The notes beneath the pieces were generated by a model, which worked only from the letters and a program-made list of their open reading frames with translations, was not told the origin of the DNA and did not search any database. The position numbers were made by a program, and so were the translations under genes. Shown one piece after another: positions 38,167-51,209 of a stretch of DNA of 64,000 bases (the stretch's first letter is position 1; each line of letters starts with the position of its first letter). The stretch is from Hydrolagus affinis (lineage: Eukaryota), in assembly GCA_012026655.1 (NCBI GenBank), contig JAAILG010001166.1:1-64000 (forward strand). The letters run 5' to 3'.

Positions 38167-41100
38167 ATTCTGTTCGTACGTCAAACAGCCTCAGCACAGT
38201 CCAGATTGAACCGGCTTTAGTTCCCTGTCAGAATGGCTCAGCCTTTCCCTCAGGTCATCTCCCTATGTAAGCAGTAGAGCATCATAGTTTCAAAGCCAGG
38301 CAGTCTGTTTGTTCTTGAACAAAGGAAAATTGAGCTAGCAGTCATATTTTACGCCTTGCAATAACATACTGCAGTTTCCACAATTGTAACATGCACCAAC
38401 CTACACTGCACTACAGTCATTTCAAGTAATGAATGGAACTGCCAGCAGAAATAATTTAGCACGAGCGAGACAGCTGGAAAATTATGTCATTCATTTCATT
38501 TCATTATCAGAACACGACTATAAATTAAGAATATAATTATTAAGCCAGAGCCTTCTCTGCTTCCAGACTTCAATGTCCAACGAGATCGCACTTTGGACCA
38601 CAATGCTTACTGGGGCTGGAAGTGAATGAAGTTTAATAATTGTGACTTCAGTATGACATCGGGCTGAATAAAAGCACAGATTTTTGCACTTATTGTGAAC
38701 TGAAGATCATCAAGTGATGTGTTATTTTTGCCCCCTCCCAAGAAAACTGATCAGAAAGGTATTTTAATCTCTTGCAAACTCCTACCAAGGTGGTACAGTT
38801 CTACGATTAACATTTCAAGAAGAATAATGTAAAAATTGTCTGCTGCATTTCGTCCACAGAAACACACAGTTAATCCTCTTGATAGTATATTCTGGGAAGC
38901 ACTTTGAGACGTCCTAAACACACGATAAGGTGTCTAGGGACGTCCTTCCGACGTGAAAGGCGCTGTTCGAATGTAATCTTGTTGTTGTTTGGGTTTCAAC
39001 AAGGATTTGGGTAAAAAGCGGAGAATTAAGGATTAAAGTGGAGAGCAACAGGAACTGGCACCAGCAAACACCAAATTCCAAGCTGTAATTTGCTCGAATT
39101 TTATGATTCTCACGCTCTCTATCACTGTGCTTTCCTTTGTGTTCTGTCCTTTATACAGATATTATTAAAATTCCTCTGTGTTTGACCTGCCTTTCCCTTT
39201 ATCACAAAAGTCACTGTTTGACTTTTCCTCCTGCAGCAGAATATATGTTGACAACTATTGCCATTGCTAACCGTTGAGCATACATACAGTGGTCTGTTTG
39301 TTCCCCCCTAGGACTCAAACATCTTTCTTCTGTAAAGAACCAATTATTTTAAACTTCATGGAAATGACGAATAATTTCACTTCAGTGAATTACCACTTAA
39401 TAGATTATTTGAGAATTGGCAGCTGGCCAGCTCCATTGCCTAAAACTTCCAATTCTGTTTCGTAATTGCGAATATTTGAAGACAGTGTTTTTTGTTTCCG
39501 GCAAAATCTGTTTACCTTCAGAGGGACCAATGAACCATGTCATCTGGAGTATTATGACAGCCTGCTGACAGATAGCCGGGTGCCACATATGTGTGATTGA
39601 TAGCTGAAGCAAACAAATAATGCACGACATGTGTTAAAAGTGTGATATGTCATGGTGAGTTAGGACAACTGATGGCGGACGATATCAAGTTGGGATTATT
39701 TGGCCATGTTTCAGCAATTAGATTTAACAAATGCAGAACCAAACTGCAACTTTGAACTATTAATGGATCAGCAAGGCATCATCAATCTATTGCAGTTTGC
39801 TTTCCGTTTGAAACAGACCAAACTCTTTCCCTTTGAAAATTTGGGGTCTGAACACCTTCTCACCTCTGTCAGATGAGACGTTAAACAGAGTTCATTTGGA
39901 CATTATAGATCATAATTAGAAAGAGCACTTACTTCCTCCTGGTGTCCTGGCCAACTACAGTCAGTTGCATTTATTCATCAACAGCAAACACATTGGATTG
40001 TACAGGCATCAGGGGCCTAGTTTAGTTTAGGCCTAGATTATAGTAATAATCTTGAAATATGCTCAACTACAAAAGCAGCAATTTGCATTTATATGGCACC
40101 CTTCGCGTGCGGCCGGTTCTCAGAACGCAGTGAAAGCAACAATTGAAAGCATGCTTTGATTTTGATGTCGAAACTGAACGTTGGTGGTAAATTGCCATTC
40201 AGGAATGTGGGGAATATGCTGAGATTCAGCGCAAACAAAGCGAAACAGACTCAATAACTAATAATTTACAACTTTCGACTTTGCAACAGGACGACTTGAA
40301 AGGAGACATGGAAACCCGTGCCAACCGTTTGTTCCCAACACGACCGAGGTCGCGTTGGCTCTCCTTTCGAATCACTTTGAAATCCTATTAACGTGCGCAT
40401 CGATAGGATCAGTCCACTGCTGTTTGCGGGACACTCACGTGCGCAATTCAGCCATCAACAGATACACGGGAAAATTCACTTTACGGTATATTCTGCAAAG
40501 CGCTTGGAGACGTCTCGACGACGTGATAAGGCGCCACATCAAATGCAAGGTTATTATTACTTTTATTATTGTTGGAAGGACTGAAGATAAAGGAGTGAGG
40601 GCAAATTCAGTTGATACTCAGTGGACACAGGATGCTCGGAGAAACTGAAATGACCTTTTCCGGCTCTCAAATTTAAAGAAGGTCAGCCGCTCGATCTCCA
40701 CCCCCCACTTCCGAAGGGGTGGGGAGGGGGGGGGGGGAGAAACGATACGACTGTGACCGTAGAGGGAAATGGTCGGATCGATTTCTCCTGCTACTGAATC
40801 CGATCGTGTTTTCCCTGAAGCACTGCGGTGTCTAACAGCCCCACCATCTGTTCTATTTGAAGATTTAATTGCCTGGGCCACAGTTCAATGAGCACTTTGC
40901 ATATCAAAGCTGGTTTTCCTAGAAAGTTGCACAGCTCCTCTGGGTAATCACTCATGGTTGCTCATTTCACAGAATCGACGCAGTCCCGATTGTGTAAACC
41001 ATTTTAACCCGTGAAGCAACCAATGCCTTTTTGCAGGGATGTTTCCCCACCCCCACTTCCCCCCACCCCACCCCCGACATGAAAGTCGCTATACAAATGT

Positions 41101-42479
41101 AATTTGCTGTTGATGTTGGACTCCAAATGCACGTTTTCTTTCAAACATTCACCAAATATTTGCGAGACGTCCATTTGCATAGCTGAACTCTGTGCATATA
41201 AAATAGAAACTGAGTGGTGCACGCAGTGCCGAATTTCTCCATTTATGTGTTCAGATAAACATGAAATATTAGATCTTTGATCTTTCAGAAATGCCAGTCA
41301 GCTCATTGCAATGTTAATGAATTCAGAATATGGAGCCCTTGCTAGTTCCACAACAGTTACTCAATGCTTTTTTTGTCTTGTCCTATGTTATTTTCAATTA
41401 ATTTCAATCTAATCTGCCTTTCCATTATGTTCCGTTCCATTACATTGATTAATTGCAACACTAGAACTGATGGATACACGATAATAATAATTATTACTGT
41501 ATTCTGGGAGAGGCTGAATGATTCTTCAAGCTGTTTTATCTTGCTTTCGCCAGCAATGCTTGCCTGTTCATGTGTTAAAGTTACCTTTTAGCATTTTAAA
41601 GGTCACTTTTTGTTGAGATTATAATGAACCGTGAGTTGAATTATGATTCTGGCTTTTCACCAGAAATGTTTGCCATAAAAGTGACCCATTCAACTTGCTG
41701 CTATGTTTTTTTTATTTATGTAGGAGACTGACCGTTTGCAGTAAACCAAACAAAGGAAGTTTGCAAATCGTCCTCTGTACCAGAAACTGAAATTTATCTG
41801 TATTGCGTTCTACCTTGAATTGTTCTGTATAAGAATACGACGATAAACATTCAGATCTGTTACCGGACTGAGCAAGACCCAATGTGATTTCCGACATGAC
41901 TGCCAGCCAAATGTAGAGGGAAGGTCCTTCTCTGAACCAGTTACAAGTAGCCGAGTACCTTGAACCTGTAGTGAGACACTCTGGTTTACTTCCAGTTAAT
42001 GCTTTCTGACACCCGTTCTCCAGCATTACTAATCTGAACAAAGGCACCTTCAGCAAACTTCTCTGCTGCAGCTTGGAGACACACAACACATGCACTCTAC
42101 CCTCAATGGTTCAGCGGCCACTGGAAGTACACTTTCTCCCTATTTATCTCATCAAATATATCATTTTGAACAAATGATTGAGCTAAAATGGTGCCCTGAA
42201 GTCCAACGTGCATTTAAGTACTGTAGTTAGCAAAGGAAGCATGTGTTCTGCAGAAGCAGAGTTCAGTTAAGCAACCTTTGTTCACCATCTAGATTGGTAC
42301 ACAGATCTGCATTCTTTCACGGCTTCAAAAGATGAGGAGATTATCGCAAAGATTGCTTCCACATTTTTCGCCCACAAAATATAGTCGATCCACATTTACA
42401 GTATAATCCTGTGAAGTGCTTTGAGACGTCTCAACAACGAGATAAGGAGTTTTATCAAAGGCAAGGCTTATTATCATTA

Positions 42480-42692
42480 TGCCTCGTCCCCTGGCCTCCC
42501 CGGCCTCCTTCAAGTCTCGCCTCTTCGAAGACTCTCCTCTTCGATGGTCCCATCAGCAACTCCTAATCCCCACTTCCCTCCCCCCCCACCTGTCCCCATC
42601 TTAGGTCTGACACAGTGTCTCTCCAGCGCCTTGGGACGTCCTCCTGACGTGAAAGGCGCTATACAAGTGTAATTTTGTTGCTGTTGTTGTTA
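42480..42692 (+). mobile_element. L2 3' end, directly after a SINE tail (42345-42480)
   Basis: C-rich UTR, AGCGCCTTGGGACGTCCTCCTGACGTGAAAGGCGCT, then (TTG)n. Confidence 0.85.
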
Positions 42693-43164
42693 TTGGTCAT
42701 ATGAATCACTGTACACTCCTGATGATGTATCATTCCAAGGGAAAGGGATTAATTGCTGAGTTAACTGGAGCGATGAAGCATTACATATGACGATACAATG
42801 ATGACATAGGAACAAATCTATAAATAAATGAGGCCGGGATTTTGACAGCATGACAACTTAAGTGGTAGCGACAAGCGAAGCCAGGATCCAGTTATCAAGA
42901 GTTTACGGTTCCATCTGTGATGTGAAAAAAGGTTGAAAACTGAACATTTCATAACAAATCTGCTGTGAAATGTTGTATATTTTGGTCTACGCGCGCTTCT
43001 GAATTGCGATTTGAAGCCTATTTGCTACTTGTGCCCGTCGAATAATGTACAACTGATAGCCGTGAGGAGTCTCAGTGATTTAGATTTATTGACACACAGC
43101 ATTGGTCAGCACGCTTTGTAAACTCAACAGGTTTCAAGGAATTTGTGAGGTTCATCGTGACCTT

Positions 43165-43530
43165 TCTGGCTCAGTTAGCATGAACTCTGGCCTCCAACAC
43201 AGAAGACTGTGAGTTCATGTTCCACATTGGAACTTTTAGCTTATAGGCTTGAAGACACCAATGCAGGTATACTGTATTGTCAGAAGTGCCTTCCTTCAGA
43301 TAAGATGTTAAACTGTTTGCCTATTCAGGTGGATGTTAAAAGATCCCATATTAACATTCGCAAAGAGAAGAGAGTTTCTTCCTGTATCCTGGTCAACAAT
43401 TTTCATGTTTGCAGGACAGTGATGTGCGCAATTCACCTATAAATCAATCACGATACTTTACAACAAAAAAAACCTCTGTAAAGCACTTTTTAATACGATA
43501 AGGTGCTATACCATACGCAATTGTTTTAAT
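43165..43530 (+). mobile_element. Old Deu-domain SINE (SacSINE1/AmnSINE1-related)
   Basis: tRNA-like head CTGGCTCAGTTAG..GAGTTC. Deu-like TTCAGATAAGATGTTAAAC..TCAGGTGGATGTTAAAAGATCCCA..GAAGAGAGTTTCTTCCTGTATCCTGGTCAACA. Degenerate L2-type tail. Family assignment is from a recalled consensus. Confidence 0.78.
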
Positions 43531-44149
43531 TATTAGCACAGATTGGTCTGTCTTTCATGCAGAAAGCGTATGTGCTACCACTTAAATGAAACATGGTGGA
43601 GTAAAGCAAAATAATTGAACCTGGAAATTTACCGCTTGGTGTAGGTTTACTAATTGATCCGTTGGGAAGCACAGGCACAGTTATTAAGCGTATGAAAGTT
43701 GAAGATGCCTTGTATGTCTACAGATGTATACGGACACGCTTATCTTAAAACAACTCGCAGTTATACAGCATCCTTCACGCAGACAGCGTCTCAGGGCGCT
43801 TCAATTAACCACCCAGGGAAACAGATTGCATGTGATTGTGCGATTCATTCCAGTGATTTAACTATTCGCATTTCAGATCCCATTGTATCAGCAGCTGATT
43901 TGCAGTCTCGCCACTCGCCCCCGACTGCTCTTCTCACCCGTAGAGCTTGATGATGAATGATGAGAGTGCCATCGTGTGGAGTCATCTTCCAACACAACTT
44001 GCTTTACAAGTTGCACAGTGGGCACATTTTGCAGAGTGTTTCGACCATTTCGTTTGCTGTGGTTTGTTTCAGGAAGCAGTAAGTGAACTCCTGCCCAGAT
44101 GGGAGACTATTCTGGGAAACTCTCATGCCTGCCAGTTCAGATCAGATCA

Positions 44150-44420
44150 TGGAATTTCTGCGAGTAAACAAAGGGGGAAGGTTTCGGGAGAATTCTTTTT
44201 ACGCAGAGTTGTTGGGATGTGCAATGTCCTCTGGATGTGCTGATCAAGGCAGATTAGCTTTTAAGGGAGAACAGTAAATATATCCAAGAAAGAATAATCT
44301 GCAGGGATATGGCAAGTAAACACAGGTTAGTGGGACTAAATAGACCGCTCTGTTAAAGCCATGGTCATAGACACAATGGGCTGAAAGGCCTTCTTCTGTG
44401 TTATTAATTCCTGTGGTTCG
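44150..44420 (+). mobile_element. CR1 LINE 3' end
   Basis: FFTQRVV..WN.L remnant and tail ATGGGCTGAAAGGCCTTCTTCTGTG. Related tails occur at ~4130-4260(-), 8560-8720(-), 28650-28860, 30170-30290, 33165-33250, 34515-34665 and 55930-56140. Confidence 0.75.
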
Positions 44421-45154
44421 AACTTGGCTACTGATGGTTTTTTTCTGAATGTTTGTTCATTCGTGGGTCAATAGAAGGCTCGTATTTCAATTGATGAACT
44501 CTCAGAAAACCCTTTAAACCCCATCACCTTTACTGATGGGCCTGGGATACAAAAAAATTACATTTGTACAGCACCTTCCACATCGGGAGGATGTCCAAAT
44601 ACGCTGGATTTACAATCCAGGATCAAGAAGCTCTGGGGTGTGGGCTGCCCTGGGACAGATCTGAGCGACCCCCTGGTGAATGGAATATGAGGGGTGGTGT
44701 GGTGGGGGTGGGGTGGTGGTGTCTCTTGCTGCAATGAACAATACAGTGCGCTGAGCAGGTTGTGAGGGGCTGCTGAAACCACACATGCTCATGTGTGTTT
44801 TTTTAAAGGAAGAGACCAAGATCTTTCAACACTTGCTTCAACCTCTCTCGTGCAACGCGACAGAGGCCCAATTCATAGCGTTTTTTTTAAACCCTCAAAA
44901 GATCTGTGCCCCCGTCTGTTTAATCGTACGTTTTATTGATTTTAAAAAAAAATCTTTTTAATATTTTTCCAACGTCCTTGTTGACTTGCAAGCATTTCAT
45001 TCACAAACCCGACGGCAAAATGCACAGTGTCTCATCTGTTTCCAGCCTATGAAACTGCAACTGTTCTTCAATCCTCTTCACTCCGGAAAACTCACACTGT
45101 CCATAACTTATAGCTCCATTGATGTATCTGTGAGCTCCACACTGTCTGTAACCC

Positions 45155-45390
45155 ACTCTCTCTGGGAGCCCCAGTGCCCCAGTGCCTCTTTCAAGACCCA
45201 CCTCAAAACCCTCCTCTTCCACTGTGCCTTTGGCCACCTTCCTACCCCCACCCTCCCCATCCCGCACTCAATAACAACAACAACTTTGATTTGTATAGCG
45301 CCCTGCACCCCGGACGGCGTCTCAGAGCGCTTCACTCCTCTTGTCCAGTGCCTTGGGAGGTCCTCCTGACATGAAAAATGCTATTCAAAT
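45155..45390 (+). mobile_element. L2 3' end with an inverted L2 tail nested at ~45270-45340
   Basis: FKTHLKTLLF remnant; a minus-strand hairpin plus (CAA)n sits inside the UTR. Confidence 0.8.
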
Positions 45391-45584
45391 GAAACGTTGT
45401 CGATAATAATAAGCCTGGCATTTGATATAGCTCCTTTCACATCTTCTAGACGTCTCAAAGCGCTTCACAGAAAATACTGTGAAGTATATGAAATGTGAAG
45501 TGAAATATGTAAGTGAATTGACTGTATAGTTGTGGGTGAAGCGTGGCAGCCAATTGCACACAGCAGTGTCCCACAAACAGCCGT

Positions 45585-46690
45585 ACAACAACAATAACAA
45601 AATTGCACTTATATCGCGCCTTTCACGTCGGGAGGACGTCCCAAAGCTCTGAACAGTTAGGTCGGGACCCGAGCGGGAGGGGTGGGGGTGGGGGTGGGGG
45701 AGGGTCAGGGTAGGGGGAAGGGGAAGGAGAGTGGGGGAGGGAGAAGAGTTAGCGGGGCAGCCGAAGGCACGGTCGAAGAGGAAGGTCTTGAGATCGGCCT
45801 TGAAGGAGGAAAGGGAGGAAGCAAGGCGGAGGGGCTGCGGGATGGAGTTCCACAGAGTGGGAGCAGAGAGGCTGAAAGCCCGGCCACCGATGGTTGGGTG
45901 GTTAGGGCGGTGGACGCAGAGCAGGCCTGAGTCTGCTGAACGGAGGGTGCGGGCAGGCTGATAGGGAGACAGCAGGTCAGAGAGATAGCCGGGGGCAAGG
46001 CCGTGAATGGCCTTGAAAGTGAGGAGAAGTATCTTGAATTCGATCCTCTGGGTGACGGGGGGCCAGTGGAGACGGGCGAGGGTTGAAAATTTACACCATG
46101 TCTACGGATGATGTCGCCCTGGGGGTAGAGTGTAGAGGGTGAAGAGCAGGGGACCAAGGACAGAGCCCTGGGGAATGCCACATGTGACTCTGCGGGGGCT
46201 AGAGGAGAAGCCGTTGGAAGAGATGAAGTGAAGGCAGTGGGAGAGATAGGATCGGAACCATTCGAGGACAGATTCTTGCAGGTTGAGAAGGGAGGAGAGG
46301 AGGTGAAGGAGGATACCTTGGTCCACGGTATCAATGGCAGCGTATAGGTCGAGGAGGACGAGGAGGCAGAGGGAGCCCTGGTCACAGATGGTCAGGATGT
46401 CGTTTGTGACCTTGACCAGGGCAGTTTCCGTGCTGTGGGAGGCACGGAAACCCGATTGGAGGGGTTTGAGGAGCGAGTGTTGTGTGAGGGAAGAGTGGAG
46501 CTGGGAGGCAACCACTCTTTCAAGGACCTTGGAAAGGAAGGCGAGGTTGGAGATGGGCCGGTAGCTAGACAGCTGCGAGGCATCGAGAGTGAGAATCTCG
46601 AAATCGATCCGCTCCGAGATAGGGAGCCAGTGAAGTCTGGCAAAGACTGGGGTAATGGGGGAGTTTGGTCTCAAACCAGGGTGTGAGACA
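45585..46690 (-). mobile_element. L2-clade LINE fragment, internally deleted and chimeric
   Basis: ORF 46102-46674 has YRPISNLAFLSKVLERVV, QSGFRASHSTETALVKV, LLDLYAAIDTVD and [14 protein letters not shown]-terminal KAIHGLAP region and 3' stem-loop/(TTG)n at ~45585-45650. Confidence 0.95.
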
Positions 46691-47449
46691 TGAAGGAAAT
46701 GCTCCTGTCAAAACAGGAACCGTGGCGAACTGAATGTTTGCCATTCTCCGTACTCGCATCAATGTATCTGTTATATATCACTTGTCCATGTCACTTTAAT
46801 GCTGTGTGAAGTGTTTTATTAATCTGGTTCTGATCACAAACCATGTTATAATTCTTCACACAGTAGTAAACTTTGACTGAGCAAACCGCGAGCTACAACT
46901 TGCTAGTATTATTCATCATTACTAATGGCTAAGGGAATGTCAACAAGCAGTAACCCGAGTGTATTAAAATTATATTGGCAGATAACCTGTCAACAGGTTT
47001 ACTGAAACTTATAAAACACTGTCCGTTTGTTTCCATTGCAGCCTCAATAATGGTGCGAAATGTTTTGTTCCTGCCATTTTATATTTATAGTTTAGATCAT
47101 TTTTGGTTCATCCATCAATTATTTGTGCCCATTCAGTTGACGCATCCATCTTTATTAGAGAAACCTGTTAAACACTACAAATCGGACACTTTGAAAGAAG
47201 GTTTAAAATGATTTACACGTTGTATAATACTGCAGGGACATTTCAATCAGGAATTGTTGGAGCATTGAATTATAATAGCATTCTTGAACTACATAATGTA
47301 GCAGATTGAGTGTTTTAACAGAGTGAAAGCATCCACACAATCTTCTTACAACCATTGGGGCGCAATTATATTTTAAAATGAATGTCTAGGACACAAAATC
47401 ATCAATAATTTATCCTTACAATAAACAAATCACATTTGTGATTCTGTCT

Positions 47450-49050
47450 GAAACCCACCACCTGCTCCCTTGACCCCATCCCCACCTCTCTCCTCATCTC
47501 CCAGCTCCATCTCCTAGCCCCCCCCACCCTCCTAACTGACATCATCAACCTCTCTCTATCCACCAGCACTGGTCCCTCTAAAAACTGCTGTCATCTCCCC
47601 CATCTTGAAAAAACCCTTCACTGGACCAAACCCCACTCTCCAGCTACCGCCCCATCTCCAACCTCCCATTCCTCTCTAAGGCCCTGGAACGAGTCATTGC
47701 TTCTCAGCTTCGCTCCTTTCTCTCTCGCAATTCCCTCTTCGAACCCCTTAAATCTGGCTTCCGAGCTTCCCGTAGCACAGAGACAGCCCTGATCAAAGCC
47801 TCTAACAACATCTACGATCAGGGTTCTTTCTGCCTCCTTGTCCTCTTCGACCTCTCTGCTGCCTTCGACACTGTTGACCACTCCACCCTCCTACTCCGTC
47901 TCTCCTCCCAACTCAATCTCCTCGGACCTATCCTCGCCTGATTCGACACTTCCAGCCCCCGCACTGTCACCTGTGGCATCCCCCAGGGCTCTGTCCTTGG
48001 CCCCTTACTTTTTAACATCTACATGTTTGGTGACATCATCCGCAAACATGGGGTCAACTTCCTCACATAAGCGGGTGACACCCGACTCTATCCTTCTGCC
48101 TCTACCCTCGACTCCAGGACTACCACTGGCTTGACAGACTGCCTGCCAGACATCAAGTCCTGGATGACTTTCTAACTTTCTACAGTTGAATGTCAACAAG
48201 ACAGAGGACCTCCTGATTGGCTCACTCCAGCACCTTCATGCATCAGGCACTGGCAGCATCAACCTCCATGGTTGCACACTCGACCTCACTAAGCCAGTCA
48301 GGAACCTAGGTTTCTTGTTCGATCCCCAACTGTCTTTCCTCCCCCACATCCAAGCAATGACTCACTCTGCCTTCCCTCATCTCTGCAATATTGCCCGACT
48401 CCGCCATTACCTTACCGCCAAGGCTGCTGAAACCCTCATTCATGCCTTCATCAAAACTCAGCTTGACTACTCAAATGCCCTGCTTGTTGGTCTTCCCAAT
48501 TCCTCCCTCCACAGGTTGCAGATAATCCCGAACTCTGCGGCCCATGTCCTCTATTGTTCCAAGCTTCATGACCTCATCTCCCCCATCCTCGCCCGACTTC
48601 AGAGGATTCCAATTCAAGATCCTGGTCCACACATTCAAAGCTCAACACAACCTCGCCCCACTCTACATCTGCAAACTCCTAACCCCCTACCAACCATGCC
48701 TGCCCCTCCGCTTGGCAGACTCTGGCCTGCTCCACGTCCCCTGACCCCCTACCCCCTACCCTACCATTGGCGGATGAGCCTTCGGCCACTCTGCCCCCAA
48801 CTTCTGGAACTCCATCCCGCGCAGATCCTCCACCTCGCCCCCCTCCCTAGCTTCCTTCAATTCCTGCCTCAAGACCCTGCTCTTCAACAGTCCCATCAGT
48901 CACCTCAAATCCCCCCCACTTTTCCCTCCAACCTCTCCATCCCTGACCCCTGCTCAGGTCTGAAACAATGACTGTCCAGTGCCTTGGGGCATCCTCCTAA
49001 CATGAAAGGCACTATACGGTACAAGCGTAATTCTGTTGTTTTTGTTGTTG
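47450..49050 (+). mobile_element. L2-clade LINE, 5'-truncated, decayed ORF2 (RT and C-terminal region) plus 3' tail
   Basis: Frameshifted RT motifs [50 protein letters not shown], degenerate YADD (TAAGCGGGTGAC), LNVNKTE, RNLGFLFD, LDYSNALLVGLP. Pyrimidine-rich 3'UTR, stem-loop and (TTG)n end. Confidence 0.95.
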
Positions 49051-50389
49051 TGGGTAATTCTCTTACTGTACCACTGACTTTACCTCTCGAGTCTGAATTT
49101 TCACTGCTGCTATCCTCTGGGATTAATTACCGCAGATCTGCCATACTCTCTGGGATCCCATATGTTTCATAGCCCTCCGGCATTAATTGCAGCTGTGTTG
49201 TGATGTGCGGAAGGGGTCGAGAAATCCCATCTGGACTGGCTTCCGTTCAATTACGTCCAGGAATTGCACCTGCACATTTGCAATCATTACAATTTTGCTC
49301 TCCACATAAGTAGCAGGTCCAAGCACTCCGCACGCTAGCCCTAGATTGGTGGGATGCACATGGCAACATGACCTTCAGGCCAGGGACCGTATTCTTACCC
49401 ACAGGCAGGTTGTCTGCATACTCACAGTCACTACACTTCACAGCAAGATCCTATGAAGCACTTTGAGACTTCTCCAGGAGTAATAATTCCTCCAGGAAAA
49501 AAAAACATTTGTTCGCTTGATCCACGGGACTGTTGTGCGCAATAGGCTGTGCCCCATTTCACCCACAAACTACACAGTCACTCCATTTTGCAGTATGTAC
49601 TGTGAAGCACTTTGAGACCGTTTTGAAGCCGTGATAAGGTGCTATATCAAAAACAAGGGCAGATAGTTTGGGGGGCACAGTAACTAAAAGTACAATCCAC
49701 AGAGTTGGAGCAGAGGGATCGAGGGATGTGCGGGAGCCAGGGGTGGGTAAGTGAGAATCACCATGTCAACGCTTATATGAGCGTGCCTGTTATTACACAG
49801 AACAACATGGTGTGATTAGTGTGTTCTATGCATATTGCTTGTCACGTGAATGGCTTTGGAGCAGCTGCTGACTCAAGGGCCAAGAGAAAATGAATTGGCT
49901 TTCAATCAATGAGCCACCGGACAATTGACTGTGACCGCACATTAGAAAACCGCTGGCAGTGCAGAATATTAGAGGCTGAAATAGTTGCAGCAAGTGTGGC
50001 TGGGGAAGTTCATTGACCAAATTAACTGTCGGAATTAAAAAAATATTCTTTTTTTGGTGGGAGAGAGAAAAATAGTGCAGCAACAGAAGAAAAAAACCAA
50101 GATGGGGAACAAAAAAATAAAAAGATTTTCAGACTTGTCAAAAGGATTAACTAATTAGGCTGTAATAATAATAATCCTTGCATTTGATGTAGCGCTTTTT
50201 ACGTCTTATCGACATCTCAAAGCGATTCACAGAATATGCTGTAAAGTGAAATGACTGATATTTATGGGCAAATTAATTCACATTTTTCAGAATGGGGATT
50301 GATTCTCTTTATCATCCAACACAGCTGGATTTGGGTTTGGTTTGGAAAACACTAGACCTTTGGGGATGCATGTGGTGCACAAGTCTGAG

Positions 50390-50657
50390 GTGCTGACGTT
50401 TCCTGTGTATTGACAGCCCCACTCCCTGCCTGAAACCGTGGTTTGTTTCGAACACTGCGAACAATTGTCTGAGCGATGTGAAAGCTCTCTATCTCCCTCT
50501 ACTGCAGCTGTGGTTCCAGTTCTTAACACACAGCAGTTCCGCATTTTCCCAGCGTTGGGTGTGGAGCATGCATTGCCTTGGCCTTTTTCTGTATGCGTGA
50601 GTGTGTGAGTGTGTGGAGCCACTTCTCGCATGAATTACATGGGGTTCTGCAGGACAG
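50390..50657 (+). promoter_or_regulatory. Candidate promoter and non-coding first exon of the SMIM29-like gene
   Basis: Perfect donor CAG|gtgagt at 50657/50658 in unique, repeat-free sequence. Overlapping CRE-half/ETS-like TGACGTTTCCTG lies near 50394. Start coordinate is approximate. Confidence 0.5.
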
Positions 50658-51209
50658 GTGAGTTTGGGTGAGTTGCTCTATACTTGGGGTGGGAGGGGAT
50701 GAAGGGATGGAGCAGGGGGCAGGTGATGCATTTGGGGGAGGGTGAGAGTGTGTTTGCTAAAGCTTGGGGAAATGCACAGTCACAAATGGAGGCAGATCAA
50801 GTGTGGCTGCGAATCACTTCCTGGATGCTATTGCTGCTTAACTGCAGCCCTGGCTTGTTCTCACCTGTTGCTGTTTGAGCTTTGAGGAACATCAAGACTG
50901 TGATGTTGTCAGCACCTGCGATTTACCAGCACAGTACAGTACTGTATTACCGTTGGCCAAACAGGCCCTGTTTTACAAGCACAGACCTTTATGGGTTTAA
51001 TCTGCAGTGAACTGGGTCTCATTTGCTTTTGCTTTTGGTCATCACTTAATCAATGGGATATCCCTGCTTTAATCAAACTGGAGCTGTTTCTTTCCAGTTG
51101 TGTAAATCCCAGCAGAGCAGAATGTTACGATGCTATTTTTTAAAGATGTTATTTAAATATTATTTGTGCCTTAAACCGTGGTACTCTCTGGCTATCCAGC
51201 TGGATAGGA

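Noticed and set aside
41938-41965. QGTRLLVT resembling an antigen-receptor J segment (minus strand)
   Set aside because: Lacks the F/W-G-x-G motif and a convincing recombination signal.
48186-48971. Longest ORF (261 aa) as a host gene or intact reverse transcriptase
   Set aside because: It is a frameshifted L2 ORF2 remnant, and the upstream catalytic motif is destroyed by a stop codon.
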